DNA of 64,000 bases from Polyangiales bacterium (GTDB lineage: Bacteria > Myxococcota_A > Polyangia > Polyangiales > JADJQN01): positions 1 to 64,000 of the forward strand of contig CAXNJO010000016.1 in NCBI GenBank assembly GCA_964202905.1. Direction: 5' to 3'. Made by a program: the position numbers and the translations under genes. Positions 31,085-41,600 of the stretch are shown piece by piece. Position 1 is the stretch's first letter; the number at the start of each line of letters is the position of its first letter. Below the pieces are notes generated by a model. It saw only the letters and a list, made by a program, of their open reading frames with translations, had not been told where the DNA came from and did no database searches.

Positions 31085-33301
31085 GTGGCAGGTCATCGCT
31101 GGAAATTCGTACGGGTCGGCGGCTTCGATCAGGTCTCGCTGACGACGGGGGCCGACGTCGTCGCGCTCCGCGAGCTCGATCAGAAACTCTGGGTCGCGCT
31201 CGCGTGCCCGACGAAGGGCCTCGAGTTCGACGCGCGGACGCTCGCGCTCCTCGACACGAACGGCGACGGCCGCGTCCTCGCGGCCGAGTTGCTCGCGGCG
31301 GTCGAGTGGACGGGGTCGATGCTCACCGACGTCGAGCAGCTCGCGCAGGGCAGCGGTGCGCTGCCGCTCGACCGGATCGCCGCGACGCCGGAGGGCAAGT
31401 TGCTCCGCGACACCGCGCGCGCGTTGCTGCAGAGCGTGGGCAAGGGCGACGCAAAGGCCATCACCGTCGACGAGACCCGCGCCGCGCTCGCGGCGTTCGC
31501 GCAGGAGCGCTTCAACGGTGACGGCATCCTGACGGCCGACGCGACGGACGACGCCGACCCGAAGCAGGCGATCGCCGACATGCTCGCGTGCGCGCCGGGA
31601 ACGACCGACAAGAGCGGCAAACCGGGCGTCGACGGCGCGCGGATCGAGGCCTTCTTCGCGGACGTGGCCGCGCACGCCGCGTGGCTCGCCGCCGGGAGCG
31701 CGGACCCTTCGACACGGCCGCTCGGCGACGCGACCGACGCCGCGTTCGCCGCGTACGAGTCCGTCCGCGCGAAGGTCGACGACTACTTCGCGCGCTGCCG
31801 CGTCGCGGGCTTCGACGCGCGCGCGCTCGGCGCGCTCAACCGCGACGAGAAAGAGTACGCCGCGATCGCCGCCGCGGACCTCGCGCCGGGTACCGCGGAG
31901 CTCGCCGTCTTCCCGCTCGCGCAGATCGCGGCCGGCCGCGCGCTCCCGCTCGACGAGGGCGTGAACCCCGCGTGGGCCGCGCGCGTCGAGGCGCTGCGCA
32001 CGCTCGTGATCGCGCCGCTGCTCGGCCCGTCCGCCGACACCCGCGCGCTGCGCGAGGCCGACTGGAGCGCGATCCGCGCACGCTTCGCGCCGCGTGAAGC
32101 GTGGCTCACCGGCAAGCAGGGCGCGTCGGTCGAGGCGCTCGGGCCGGCGCGGATCGCGGCCCTCGGCGCGCCCGCCGTGCGCGCGGCCCTCGACGCGCTG
32201 CTGGCGCGCGAGAAGGAAGCCGAGCCGCTCGCGCAGGCGATCGGCTCCGTCGAGAAGCTCGTGCACTTCGTGCGCGATCTGCTGCCCTTCACGCGCAACT
32301 TCGTGTCCTTCGAGGACTTCTACGGCCGCGCCGCGCAGGCCACGTTCCAGGTCGGCACGCTCTACCTCGACACGCGCGCGTGCGATCTCTGCGTGCGCGT
32401 CAACGACGACGGGCGGCACTCGCTCATGGCCCCGCTCTCGAGCACCTGCCTCGTGTACTGCCGGTGCACGAACGCGAAGGGCGACTCGATGTCGATCGCG
32501 GCCGCGATGACCGCGGGCGACGTCGACAACCTCATGGTCGGGCGCAACGGCGTCTTCTATGACCGCCAGGGCGGCGACTGGGACGCGACCGTGACGCGCA
32601 TCGTCGACGCCCCGATCAGCGTGCGGCAGGCCTTCTGGTCCCCTTACAAAAAGGGGATCCGCATGCTCGAGGAGTTCATCTCCAAGCGCGCGACCGACGC
32701 CGCCGCCGCGTCGGACGCGCGCGTCTCGGGGGCCGTGAACGAGACGACCGCGACCGTCAACGCGGGCGGGGCGCCGGCCGCTGCTGCCGCGCCCGCCGCG
32801 CCGAGCAAGCCGCTCGACATCGGGATCGTCGCGGCCCTCGGCGTCGCGGTGGGCGGCATCACGGCAGCCTTCGGCGCGCTGCTGGGCGCGTTCTTCGGGC
32901 TCGGCATCTGGATGCCGCTCGGCGTGCTCGGGCTGCTGCTCCTCATCTCGGGCCCGTCGATGGCGATCGCGTGGATGAAGCTGCGCCGCCGCAACCTCGG
33001 GCCGCTCCTCGACGCGAACGGCTGGGCGATCAACGCGCAGGCGCGGGTCAACGTCGCCTTCGGCGAGTCGCTGACGCGGCTCGCGACGCTGCCGCCGGGC
33101 GCGACGCGCGCGGTGCGCGATCCCTTCGCGGACAAACGCCGCCCGGTCCGTCTCTACGTCGCCCTCGCGCTCGTCGCCGGACTCGCCCTCGCGTGGTACC
33201 TCGGCAAGCTCGACGGCTATCTGCCGAACGGCGCACGCAGCACCACGCTCCTCGGGCTCGACGCGCCCGGCGCCGCGTCCGTGCCGGCACCGCACCGCTG
33301 A
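31085..33301 (+). CDS. Conserved-looking hypothetical membrane protein with an EF-hand-like motif
   Basis: HRWKFVRVGGFDQV, LDQKLWVALACP, DTNGDGRVLAAE, GRNGVFYDRQG, 2-3 C-terminal TM helices, LDANGWAIN. Confidence 0.75.
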   Translation: MAGHRWKFVRVGGFDQVSLTTGADVVALRELDQKLWVALACPTKGLEFDARTLALLDTNGDGRVLAAELLAAVEWTGSMLTDVEQLAQGSGALPLDRIAATPEGKLLRDTARALLQSVGKGDAKAITVDETRAALAAFAQERFNGDGILTADATDDADPKQAIADMLACAPGTTDKSGKPGVDGARIEAFFADVAAHAAWLAAGSADPSTRPLGDATDAAFAAYESVRAKVDDYFARCRVAGFDARALGALNRDEKEYAAIAAADLAPGTAELAVFPLAQIAAGRALPLDEGVNPAWAARVEALRTLVIAPLLGPSADTRALREADWSAIRARFAPREAWLTGKQGASVEALGPARIAALGAPAVRAALDALLAREKEAEPLAQAIGSVEKLVHFVRDLLPFTRNFVSFEDFYGRAAQATFQVGTLYLDTRACDLCVRVNDDGRHSLMAPLSSTCLVYCRCTNAKGDSMSIAAAMTAGDVDNLMVGRNGVFYDRQGGDWDATVTRIVDAPISVRQAFWSPYKKGIRMLEEFISKRATDAAAASDARVSGAVNETTATVNAGGAPAAAAAPAAPSKPLDIGIVAALGVAVGGITAAFGALLGAFFGLGIWMPLGVLGLLLLISGPSMAIAWMKLRRRNLGPLLDANGWAINAQARVNVAFGESLTRLATLPPGATRAVRDPFADKRRPVRLYVALALVAGLALAWYLGKLDGYLPNGARSTTLLGLDAPGAASVPAPHR

Positions 33302-33401
33302 CGCCCGCGCAGCGCGCTCCACGGGGCGCGCTGCGCTGGGGCCGACGACGACCCGACACCGACGCGCCCTTGCGACGCGCAGCGCGCTCGCCGGGGCGCG
33401 C

Positions 33402-33896
33402 TCAGGTCTGCGGCAACGATCCGACGCGCAGACGCCCGCCCTCGGCGAGGTCGTCCATCACCGCGCGCCACCCTCGCTCGGCGTCCACGCCGACCCGCGC
33501 GAAGGCCTCGGCGAAGCGCTTCCGCTGCAGGTCCGAGACGCGCCGCTCGAAACGCGCCCCCGCCGGCGTGAGCACGAGCGCCTTGCGCCTGCGGCTCTCG
33601 GAGGAGGTCGCCGCCGACACGAGTTCGTCGTCGACGAGCCGACGCAGCGGGCCGGAGATGGCCTGCCGCGTGACGTCGAGCAGCGCGAGCACGTCGCCCA
33701 CCGAGAGCCCGGGATTGCGGCCGACGACGAAGAGGATGCGGTGGTGCACGCGGCCGTAGCCGCGCGTCGCGAGCAGGCGGTCGGGGCCCGCGACGACACG
33801 ACGGAAACCGAGGTGGATCAGCTCCATCGCCTCGTCGAGCGGATCGAGGTCGAGCGCCGCCGGCGGGGGGCTCGAGCGGCGCGGGCGCGCGGTCAC
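33402..33896 (-). CDS. MarR family regulator (PetP-like)
   Basis: YGRVHHRILFVVGRNPGLSVGDVL..LDVTRQA..LRRL, RRRKALVLTPAG; GTGA overlap with the ilvE stop. Confidence 0.85.
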   Translation of the reverse strand: MTARPRRSSPPPAALDLDPLDEAMELIHLGFRRVVAGPDRLLATRGYGRVHHRILFVVGRNPGLSVGDVLALLDVTRQAISGPLRRLVDDELVSAATSSESRRRKALVLTPAGARFERRVSDLQRKRFAEAFARVGVDAERGWRAVMDDLAEGGRLRVGSLPQT

Positions 33897-35050
33897 GGGA
33901 CGTCGTGCATCCAGCCGAAGCGGTCCGGCGCGTCCCCGCGCTGGATGGCGACGACCTCGTCGTGGAGCGTGCGCGCGAACTCGCCGGGCTGACCATCCGC
34001 GACGATCAGATCGCCGTCCGCGAAGCCGAGCACGCCGACCGGCGACACGACCGCGGCCGTGCCCGTGCCGAAGACCTCGCGCAGCGTCCCGGCGCGCTGG
34101 GCTTCGCGGAGCTCGTCGATCGCGATGCGGCGCTCGGTCACCGTGACGCCGCGCGCGCGGAGCAGGGTGATGACGCTCTCGCGCGTGACCCCAGGGAGGA
34201 TCGTCCCCTCGAGCGGCGGCGTGATGACCTCGTCGCCGATCCGCACGAAGAAGTTCATCGTGCCGACCTCCTCGATGAAGCGGCGCTCGACCGCGTCGAG
34301 CCAGAGCACCTGCGCGTAGCCCTTCTTCTTCGCGAGCTCGGCGGCCTGCAGGCTCGCGGCGTAGTTCGCGCCCGTCTTCGCCTCGCCGAGACCGCCCGGC
34401 GCCGCGCGCACCTGCGTCTGCTCGACCCAGATCCGCACGGGCGCGAAGCCCTCCGCGTAGTAGGCGTCGACCGGCCCGACGATCACGAAGAACGTGTACG
34501 TCTGCGCGGGCCGCACGCCGAGGAAGCCCTCTGTCGCGATCATCGTGGGCCGGATGTAGAGCGAGGCGCCGGGGGCCGAGGGGACCCACGCCTGATCGAC
34601 GCGCACGAGCTTGTCGACGGCCGCGATGAACTGCTCGGGCGGGAGCGTCGGCATGCAGATGCGATCGGCGCTTCGACCGAACCGCGCGGCGTGGCGCTCC
34701 GGCCGGAAGGTGCGGAGTTTGCCGTCCGTGCCGCGGAAGGCCTTCAAGCCCTCAAAGATCGACTGCGCGTAATGCAGCACCGCGGCCGAGGGCTGGAGCG
34801 AGAGCTGCGTCCACGGGACGATCCGCGCGCCGTGCCACGTCGACCCGGCCTCGCCATCCCAGTCCATCTGGAAGACGTGATCCGAGAACACGCGCCCGAA
34901 GCCGAGCTTGCCCGCCGGGCACGCGCGCGGCGCCGGGACGAGCGTGACGTCCACGGGGAAGGCTGCGGCCTGCGATTCGACGCGCGCGCCGGCGCGGCGG
35001 GCCGGCTCGCCCGGCTCGGAGTGACGAGAGGTCGGGACTTCGGTCTGCAT
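33893..35050 (-). CDS. ilvE: Branched-chain amino acid aminotransferase
   Basis: FGRVFSDH, LHYAQSIFEGLKAF, LYIRP, AKTGANY, EEVGTMN, ILPGVTR, GTGTAAVVSP; GAGGAGG RBS. Confidence 0.95.
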   Translation of the reverse strand: MQTEVPTSRHSEPGEPARRAGARVESQAAAFPVDVTLVPAPRACPAGKLGFGRVFSDHVFQMDWDGEAGSTWHGARIVPWTQLSLQPSAAVLHYAQSIFEGLKAFRGTDGKLRTFRPERHAARFGRSADRICMPTLPPEQFIAAVDKLVRVDQAWVPSAPGASLYIRPTMIATEGFLGVRPAQTYTFFVIVGPVDAYYAEGFAPVRIWVEQTQVRAAPGGLGEAKTGANYAASLQAAELAKKKGYAQVLWLDAVERRFIEEVGTMNFFVRIGDEVITPPLEGTILPGVTRESVITLLRARGVTVTERRIAIDELREAQRAGTLREVFGTGTAAVVSPVGVLGFADGDLIVADGQPGEFARTLHDEVVAIQRGDAPDRFGWMHDVP

Positions 35051-35095
35051 GGTCGTCCTCCTCGGTGCGCTGCACGCCGGGAGCGACGCGAAGCG

Positions 35096-35259
35096 ACAAG
35101 GTCGTTGACGTGTCTTGCCGCGGGCCGCGCAACACGTCAAGAGCCTTGATACGTTGACGCGGCGCGTCGCTCAGACACGACACGTCAAGCGACCTTCATA
35201 CGTCGACGCGGCGAGGCGCTCCGACACGACACGGCAAGCACCTTGATACGTCGATGCGG
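35096..35259. promoter_or_regulatory. Tandem array of operator-like elements upstream of ilvE-marR
   Basis: Three imperfect 48-49-bp units at 35132, 35180 and 35229 (ACACGTCAAG..CCTTGATACGT.GACGCGG), plus an inverted half-site TTGACGTGT at 35105. Confidence 0.65.
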
Positions 35260-35338
35260 CCGGGCGACGCGTCGCCCCCGTGCGTCGTCCACGCGAGGCC
35301 CGCTTGCGGGGTCGTTGCCCGCGGCACAACACTGCGGG

Positions 35339-35728
35339 GTGCTCCGCCTGCTCGCCGTCGCCCGCCTCGCGCTGACCTTCGCGGTCGCGCTCATCGTTGG
35401 GCTCGGCGTGCTCGGCTCGTCACGCGTCGCGTCCGCGTGCATGCGCAAGTCGCTCGCGGAGGCGCCCTGCTGCGCCGCGATGCGCGCGCCCGTGCGCCTC
35501 GAGACGCCGGAGAACTGCTGCCGCGCGGGGCGGCTCGGCCAGGCGCCCGCGACGGACCTCGAGGCCCCGCACGGCGCGATCGCCGACGCGCACTGCGTCG
35601 CGCAGCCCGCGTGGTCGCGCGACGGCGAGGTCCCGCCGGCCGTCCCCGCGCGCGCACGCCTCGCACGCGACCGCGCACGACCTCCACCTCACGCGCCACA
35701 CCTCGCGTTCACCGTCCTGCGCTGCTGA
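35339..35728 (+). CDS. Small Cys-rich exported protein with a C-terminal RARPPP motif (CutF/CruR/DUF2946-like leader)
   Basis: Signal-like N-terminus; C...CC...CC...HC; RARPPP near the C-terminus; first gene before cusCBA; GTG start inferred. Confidence 0.6.
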   Translation: MLRLLAVARLALTFAVALIVGLGVLGSSRVASACMRKSLAEAPCCAAMRAPVRLETPENCCRAGRLGQAPATDLEAPHGAIADAHCVAQPAWSRDGEVPPAVPARARLARDRARPPPHAPHLAFTVLRC

Positions 35729-35977
35729 GTCACGCGCAGGCCCGGCACGCAGCCGCCGCTGCGTGAGGCGACGCGCGCCACGCCCGGAGCGCCTGACCGC
35801 GCGCGAGACGGGGCGACGACGTCGCCCTCGACGTGAGACGAGCCGCGGGCCCGCACGAGCGGCGCCCGCGAGGACCCGCGTGCAGTGCGGTCGGACGACC
35901 GCGACGCCGCCGAGAGACACGAGCATCCGAGAGACACGAACCGCCGCGCGCCCGCGTGTGCGCGGCGCGGAGGATCC

Positions 35978-37336
35978 ATGGTTCATCGAGGGAACGACCA
36001 CACCGCGCGTCCACGGTTGACGGCGCGACGCGGACTGCACGCACTGCACGCCGCGCTCGCAGGCACCGCCATCGCGGCGTGTCTCGCCGGGTCCCGCGCG
36101 GCCCACGCGCACGACACGGCGCGCGAGGACGCCGTGTCCGCTCGCCCGCCCGACCCACTCACGCACGCGTGGGTCCAGGCACGCACCCGCAGCGCGAGCC
36201 CGCGGATCCGCGCGCTCACGGCCGGAGTCGAGGCCGCGCGGGCACGGGTCGGTGCGGCCGCGCCCCTCGAGGATCCGATGGTGATGCTCCGCGTGTGGGA
36301 CCTGCCCGCGGGCCTCGTGACGCGGGCGCCCGGCCAGACGATGCTCATGGCGCAGCAGTCGCTGCCGCTCTCGGCGATCCGCGCGAGGCGCGAAGACGTC
36401 GCGCGCGCCGAGGCCCGCGAGACGGAGCTCGCGCGTGACGCCGCCGTGCATGCGACGCTGCTCGAGGTCGACCTCGCGTACATCGCACTCTGGGAGGCCG
36501 TGGCGCGCGCGACGCTCGCCGACGCGCAGTCCCGCACCGCCGCACAACAAGCCGCGCTCGTCGCGACGCAGGTCGCGCGCGGCGCCGCGACTCCGGGCGA
36601 ACTCGCACGCGTGCAAGTCCTCGTCGCACGCGCGGAGCTCGCGGTGCGCGGGGCTGCTGCGAGCGGCGAGCAACGCCGCGCGTCGCTCGGGGCGTTGCTC
36701 GATCTGCCTGCGGGCACGGCCCTCACCGATCCCCCGGCGGCGCTCGTCGAGCGGCCGCCTCCGACACTCGACGCGCTCACGCACGAGGCGCTCGCGACCC
36801 GCGCAGAGTCCCGCTACGGCGAGGCAGCGCGTGCGCGCGCCACCGCCCTCGAAGGCGTCGCGCGCGCCGCCGACGCGCCCGTGTTGACGGTCGGCGCCGG
36901 CGCGATGGTGATGCCGCACGAAGGCGTCGGGTGGATGCTCGAGACGGGCCTGACCCTGCCCATCTGGCGCGATGCACGGCGCGCACGCCGCGACGAGGCC
37001 GCGGCCCTCACGCGCGAGGCCGACGCGGCCGAGGACGCCTGGCGCGTCGCGATCGCGGCCGAGGTGGCCCGCGCATGGGGCGCGTGGCACGCCGCGCACA
37101 CCCGCCTCGAAGGGCTGCGCGAGCGCGTGCTGCCCGCGTACGAAGCGCGCTGCGTGACCGAACGCGCCGCGCTCGCGACGGGGGCGGGCGCGCTCACGGT
37201 GCTCGACGCCGAGCGCGAGCTGCTCGACGTGCACGGCGAGCTGATCGCCGCGCGCGCGGACCTGCTGCGCGCCGACCGCGAAGCGACACACGCGGCGGGC
37301 CGCAGCGACGCGCTTCGCGCGGAGTCCGCACCATGA
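35978..37336 (+). CDS. TolC/CusC family outer membrane efflux protein
   Basis: GGAGGA RBS; helical OEP repeats, LEDPM, QSLPL, LTLPIW, VLDAERELL; precedes the MFP and RND genes. Confidence 0.8.
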   Translation: MVHRGNDHTARPRLTARRGLHALHAALAGTAIAACLAGSRAAHAHDTAREDAVSARPPDPLTHAWVQARTRSASPRIRALTAGVEAARARVGAAAPLEDPMVMLRVWDLPAGLVTRAPGQTMLMAQQSLPLSAIRARREDVARAEARETELARDAAVHATLLEVDLAYIALWEAVARATLADAQSRTAAQQAALVATQVARGAATPGELARVQVLVARAELAVRGAAASGEQRRASLGALLDLPAGTALTDPPAALVERPPPTLDALTHEALATRAESRYGEAARARATALEGVARAADAPVLTVGAGAMVMPHEGVGWMLETGLTLPIWRDARRARRDEAAALTREADAAEDAWRVAIAAEVARAWGAWHAAHTRLEGLRERVLPAYEARCVTERAALATGAGALTVLDAERELLDVHGELIAARADLLRADREATHAAGRSDALRAESAP

Positions 37337-38604
37337 GCGAGGAGACCCCCATCTCGTCGCGCGCACGCGCGGTCGCGGGTGCGCTCCGCTGGGCGCTCGT
37401 CGTCGCGGTCGCGCTGATCGCCGCCCTCGGCGTCGCGATCGGCGCCGGCGTGATCGGCGAGCGCGCGCACGTCACGTACGTGTGCCCGATGCACGCGCAG
37501 GTCGTGAACGACGGCCCCGGCTCGTGCCCGATCTGCGGCATGGATCTCGTCCCCGCATCCACGCTCGACGCGGGCACGCCGGCACCGCACGCAGCGCGCG
37601 ATGGCGGCGCATCCGACACGACCCGACCGACGGTGCACGTCGGCGCGGCGCAGGCGCGAAACCTCGGCTTCGCGACGGTGGCGGCGCGGCGGAGCGCGCT
37701 CTCCCGACACCTCCGCGCGCCCGCGCGCGTGGACGCGGACGCGACCGCGAGCGCCGTCGTCGAGGTCCGCCTGCCCGGCTGGCTCGGCGATCTCGCCGTG
37801 CGCAGCGTGGGCGAGCGCGTGCGCCGTGGACAAGCGCTCGCGACGCTGAACAGTCCTTCACTCTTCGAGGCCGAGACCACACTCGCCGCCGCGCGCGACG
37901 CCGCGCAGACGCTCGGGCCCGGCGGCCCGGCGTTGCTCGACGGCGCCCGCGCGCGCCTCGCCGCGCTGGGCGTCCCCGCGCCGGAGGTCGAGCGCGTCGC
38001 GCGTGGCGGCGCACCGACGACCCGCCTCGCCGTGCCCGCCCCGCGCGGCGGCGTCGTCGTCGCGCTCGCCGCCAGCGAGGGCGCCTGGGTCACGCCGGGC
38101 ACCGCGCTGCTGACGATCGCGGACCCCGCGCGTGTCGCGATCGTCGCCGAGCTCGCCGAGGCGGAGGCGGAGTCGCTCGCAACCGGTGCGCCCGTCACCA
38201 TCACCTTGCTCGCCGCACCGACGCGCGCGCTCCCGGGCCGCGTCACGCTGCGGGCGCCGACGATAGACCCCGCACGACGCACGCGCGCCGTGCGGATCCA
38301 CCTCGACGACGCGGTCTCCGCAGGCGATGCCCTCGTACCGGGAGCCGCTGCGTGGCTCGACGCAGACCTCGGCGCGCGCGACGCGCTCGTCGTCCCGCGC
38401 GACGCCGTGGTGCCGGGGTCCGAGCGCGCACGCGTCTTCGTCGACGTCGGCGACGGGCACTTCGAGCCGCGGCCCGTGACGACGGGCGCAGAGCGCGACG
38501 GACTCGTCGAGATCACGGAAGGTCTCCGCGAAGGAGAGCGCGTCGCGACGGTCGGCGCGTTCCTGCTCGAGGCCGAGAGCCGCCTGCTCGGAGGCGCGCC
38601 GTGA
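37333..38604 (+). CDS. cusB: CusB-type RND membrane fusion protein with a heavy-metal binding domain
   Basis: YVCPMH...GSCPICGMDL, lipoyl/hairpin region, PTIDP..RT, GHFEPRPV, GLREGERV; ATGA overlap. Confidence 0.88.
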   Translation: MSEETPISSRARAVAGALRWALVVAVALIAALGVAIGAGVIGERAHVTYVCPMHAQVVNDGPGSCPICGMDLVPASTLDAGTPAPHAARDGGASDTTRPTVHVGAAQARNLGFATVAARRSALSRHLRAPARVDADATASAVVEVRLPGWLGDLAVRSVGERVRRGQALATLNSPSLFEAETTLAAARDAAQTLGPGGPALLDGARARLAALGVPAPEVERVARGGAPTTRLAVPAPRGGVVVALAASEGAWVTPGTALLTIADPARVAIVAELAEAEAESLATGAPVTITLLAAPTRALPGRVTLRAPTIDPARRTRAVRIHLDDAVSAGDALVPGAAAWLDADLGARDALVVPRDAVVPGSERARVFVDVGDGHFEPRPVTTGAERDGLVEITEGLREGERVATVGAFLLEAESRLLGGAP

Positions 38605-41600
38605 GCGACGCGCGACACGGCCTGATCGCCCGCACGATCACGTGGTGCGGCCTGCACCCGGGCCTCACGATCGCGGCCTCGCTCGCCCTCGCGGTGGCCT
38701 CGTTCGCGGCCATTCGCGCGACGCCGGTCGATGCCCTCCCCGACATCTCCGATCGTCAGGTCATCGTCGTCGGCGAGTGGATGGGACGCAGCCCCGCGCT
38801 CGTCGAAGACCAGCTGACCTGGCCCCTCGCGAGCGCGCTCCTCGGTATGCCGGGCGTGCGCGCGGTGCGCGGCCAGTCGATGCCGGGCATGTCGTTCCTC
38901 TACGTCGTGCTCGAGGACGACGCCGACCTCGACCTCGCTCGCGCGCGGACGGGCGAGGTGCTCGCGCAGGCGCGCACGACGCTGCCCGAGGAGGCCCGCG
39001 TGCGCGTCGGTCCGGACGCGTCCGGTGTCGGTTGGGTCTACCAGTACGCGCTCGTCGACGACTCGGGAACGCACTCGCTCGACACGCTGCGCGCGCTGCA
39101 GGACTTCACCCTGCGGCAGGCGCTGCAGTCGGTGCGGGGCGTCGCGGAGGTCGCGTCGATCGGCGGCTTCGAGCGCGAATACCAGGTCACGCTGCGCCCC
39201 GACGCCCTGCGCGCGCACGACATCGACGCACGCACGGTGGGCGGCGCGATCCGCGCCGCGAACCGCGACGTCGGCGCGGGCTCCATCACGCTCGCCGGGC
39301 GAGAACTCTTCGTGCGCGGGCGCGGCGCGCTCCGCGACGTCGACGCCATCGGCGACGTCGTGCTCGCCGCGCGCGGCGCGGGCGTCGTCGTGCGCGTCCG
39401 CGACGTGGCGCACGTCGCGATCGGCGGCCGCGAGCGCCGCGGCATCGGTGAACTCGACGGCCGCGGCGAGGCTGTCTCCGGCATCGTCATCGCGCGTGAG
39501 GGCGCCAACGCGCGCGCCGTCATCCGTGACGTCAAGGCCCGCCTCGCGAGCCTGTCGGGCGCGCTCCCCGAGGGCGTCCGCGTCGTGCCGGTGTACGACC
39601 GCGCCACCCTCATCGACGCCGCGGTCGCGACGCTCCGCGGCGCGCTCGTCGAGGAGATGATCGTCGTCGCCGCCGTCATCCTGCTGTTTCTGCTCCACGT
39701 GCGCAGCGCGCTCGTGCCGGTGATCGTGCTCCCGCTCGCCGTCGCCGCGTCGTTCCTGCCGATGCGCGCGCTCGGGGTGAGCAGCAACGTGATGTCGCTC
39801 GGCGGCATCGCGATCGCGATCGGCGCGATGGTCGACGCCGCGATCGTGATCGTCGAGAACGCCCACAAACGCCTCGAGCATGCGCCCGCAGGCACGCCGC
39901 GCCGCGAGGTCCTGCTGGAGAGCGCACGCGAGGTCGGGCCCGCGATCTTCTTCTCGCTCCTCATCGTGACCGTCGCCTTCCTCCCGGTGTTCGGGCTGAC
40001 GGGACAGGCGGGTCGCCTCTTCCGCCCGCTCGCGCTCACCAAGACCTTCGCGATGCTCGGCTCCGCGCTGCTCGCGATCACGCTCGCGCCCGCGCTGCTC
40101 GTCACCCTCGTGCGCGGCCGCATCCGCGCCGAGCACGAGCACCCCGTCTCGCGCCGCCTGATCGCGCTCTACCGCCCCTTCGTCGACGTGGCCCTGCGGA
40201 ACCCGCGCACGACGGTGCTGCTCGGCGTGCTCGCCGTCCTCAGCGCCGCGCCGCTCGTGCCGCGCATCGGCGGCGAGTTCATGCCCCCGCTCGACGAGGG
40301 CGACCTGCTCTACATGCCCACCACACTCCCCGGCGTCGCGCCCGCCGAGGCCGCCCGCGCGCTCCGCGTGCAGGACCGCGCGATCCGCGCCTTCCCCGAG
40401 GTGCTCAGCGTCTACGGCAAGGCGGGGCGCGCCGACACCGCGACAGATCCCGCCCCGCTCGAGATGGTCGAGACCGTCGTGCGCCTGCGGCCGCGCGCGG
40501 AGTGGCGCACGATCGAGGCCCCGCGCTGGTGGTCCCGCCTCGCGCCCGCGCCGCTCGCCCCGCTCCTGCGGCGCGTCTGGCCCGATCGCCGACCCCGCAC
40601 GACGTCCGAACTCGCCGCCGAGCTCGCCGAGGCCGCGCGCCTCCCGGGCTACGGCGCGTCGCTCACCATGCCGATCCGCACGCGCATCGACATGCTCTCG
40701 ACCGGCGTGCGCACCGAGGTCGGCGTGAAGGTCCTCGGCGACGATCTCCGCGCGATCGACGCGACGACGGCCGCCATCGCGCGCGCGCTCACGCAGGTGC
40801 GCGGCACGAGCTCCGCGATCGCCGAGCGCAGCGCGGGCGGCGTCTTCGTGGACATCGTGCCGCGGCGCGAGGCCCTCGCGCGCTACGGGATCGATCAGGG
40901 CACGCTTCTCGACGTCGTCGCGACGGCCGTCGGCGGCGAACGCGCGACGACGGTGCTCGACGGGCGCGCGCGCTTCGACGTGACCGTGCGCTACGTACGC
41001 GATCGCCGCCTCGACCTCGACGCGCTCCGCGCCGTGCTCGTGCCGATTGGCCCCGGCGCCAGCGCGATGCCCGCCGACGACGGCATGGGAGACGGCCGCA
41101 CCGGCGCGCTCTCGCCCCTCGACGCGCGCGCCCTGCTCGCCCGCCCCACGCTCACGCAGTCGATGCCGATGGGCGCAGGCGACGTCGGCGCCCGCGGCGC
41201 GCCGCTCCCACCGGCGGGCGCGATGGGCGGCACGGCCAGCGACATCATGGCGGCATCACCATCCGGCGAGATGGTCAGTGGCATGCGCACACCGATGCCG
41301 AGCGCGATGCCCGGCGCGAACGGCGGCGCGATGCCCGGCGCGCCCGGCGACGCGATGGGACGCGGGCCGACGACGCCGCTCTCCGACTCGTCGCGCGCGC
41401 GCGCAGCGGGCGGGCTGCTCCACGTCCCGCTCGGCGAGCTGGCCGATGTGACGCTCGTGGACGGTCCCGCGATGATCCGCTCCGAAGACGGGCGCCTCGC
41501 AGGTCTCGTGTTCGTGGACGTCGACACCGAGGCGCGCGATCTCTCGGGCTACGTGCGCGACGCACGCGCGCACGTCGCGCGCACCGTCCCGCGCCCCGCG

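Noticed and set aside
35132..35259. Possible CRISPR array (also considered for 46866-46985 and 61158-61306)
   Set aside because: Units are contiguous tandem copies without unique spacers, and no cas genes are present
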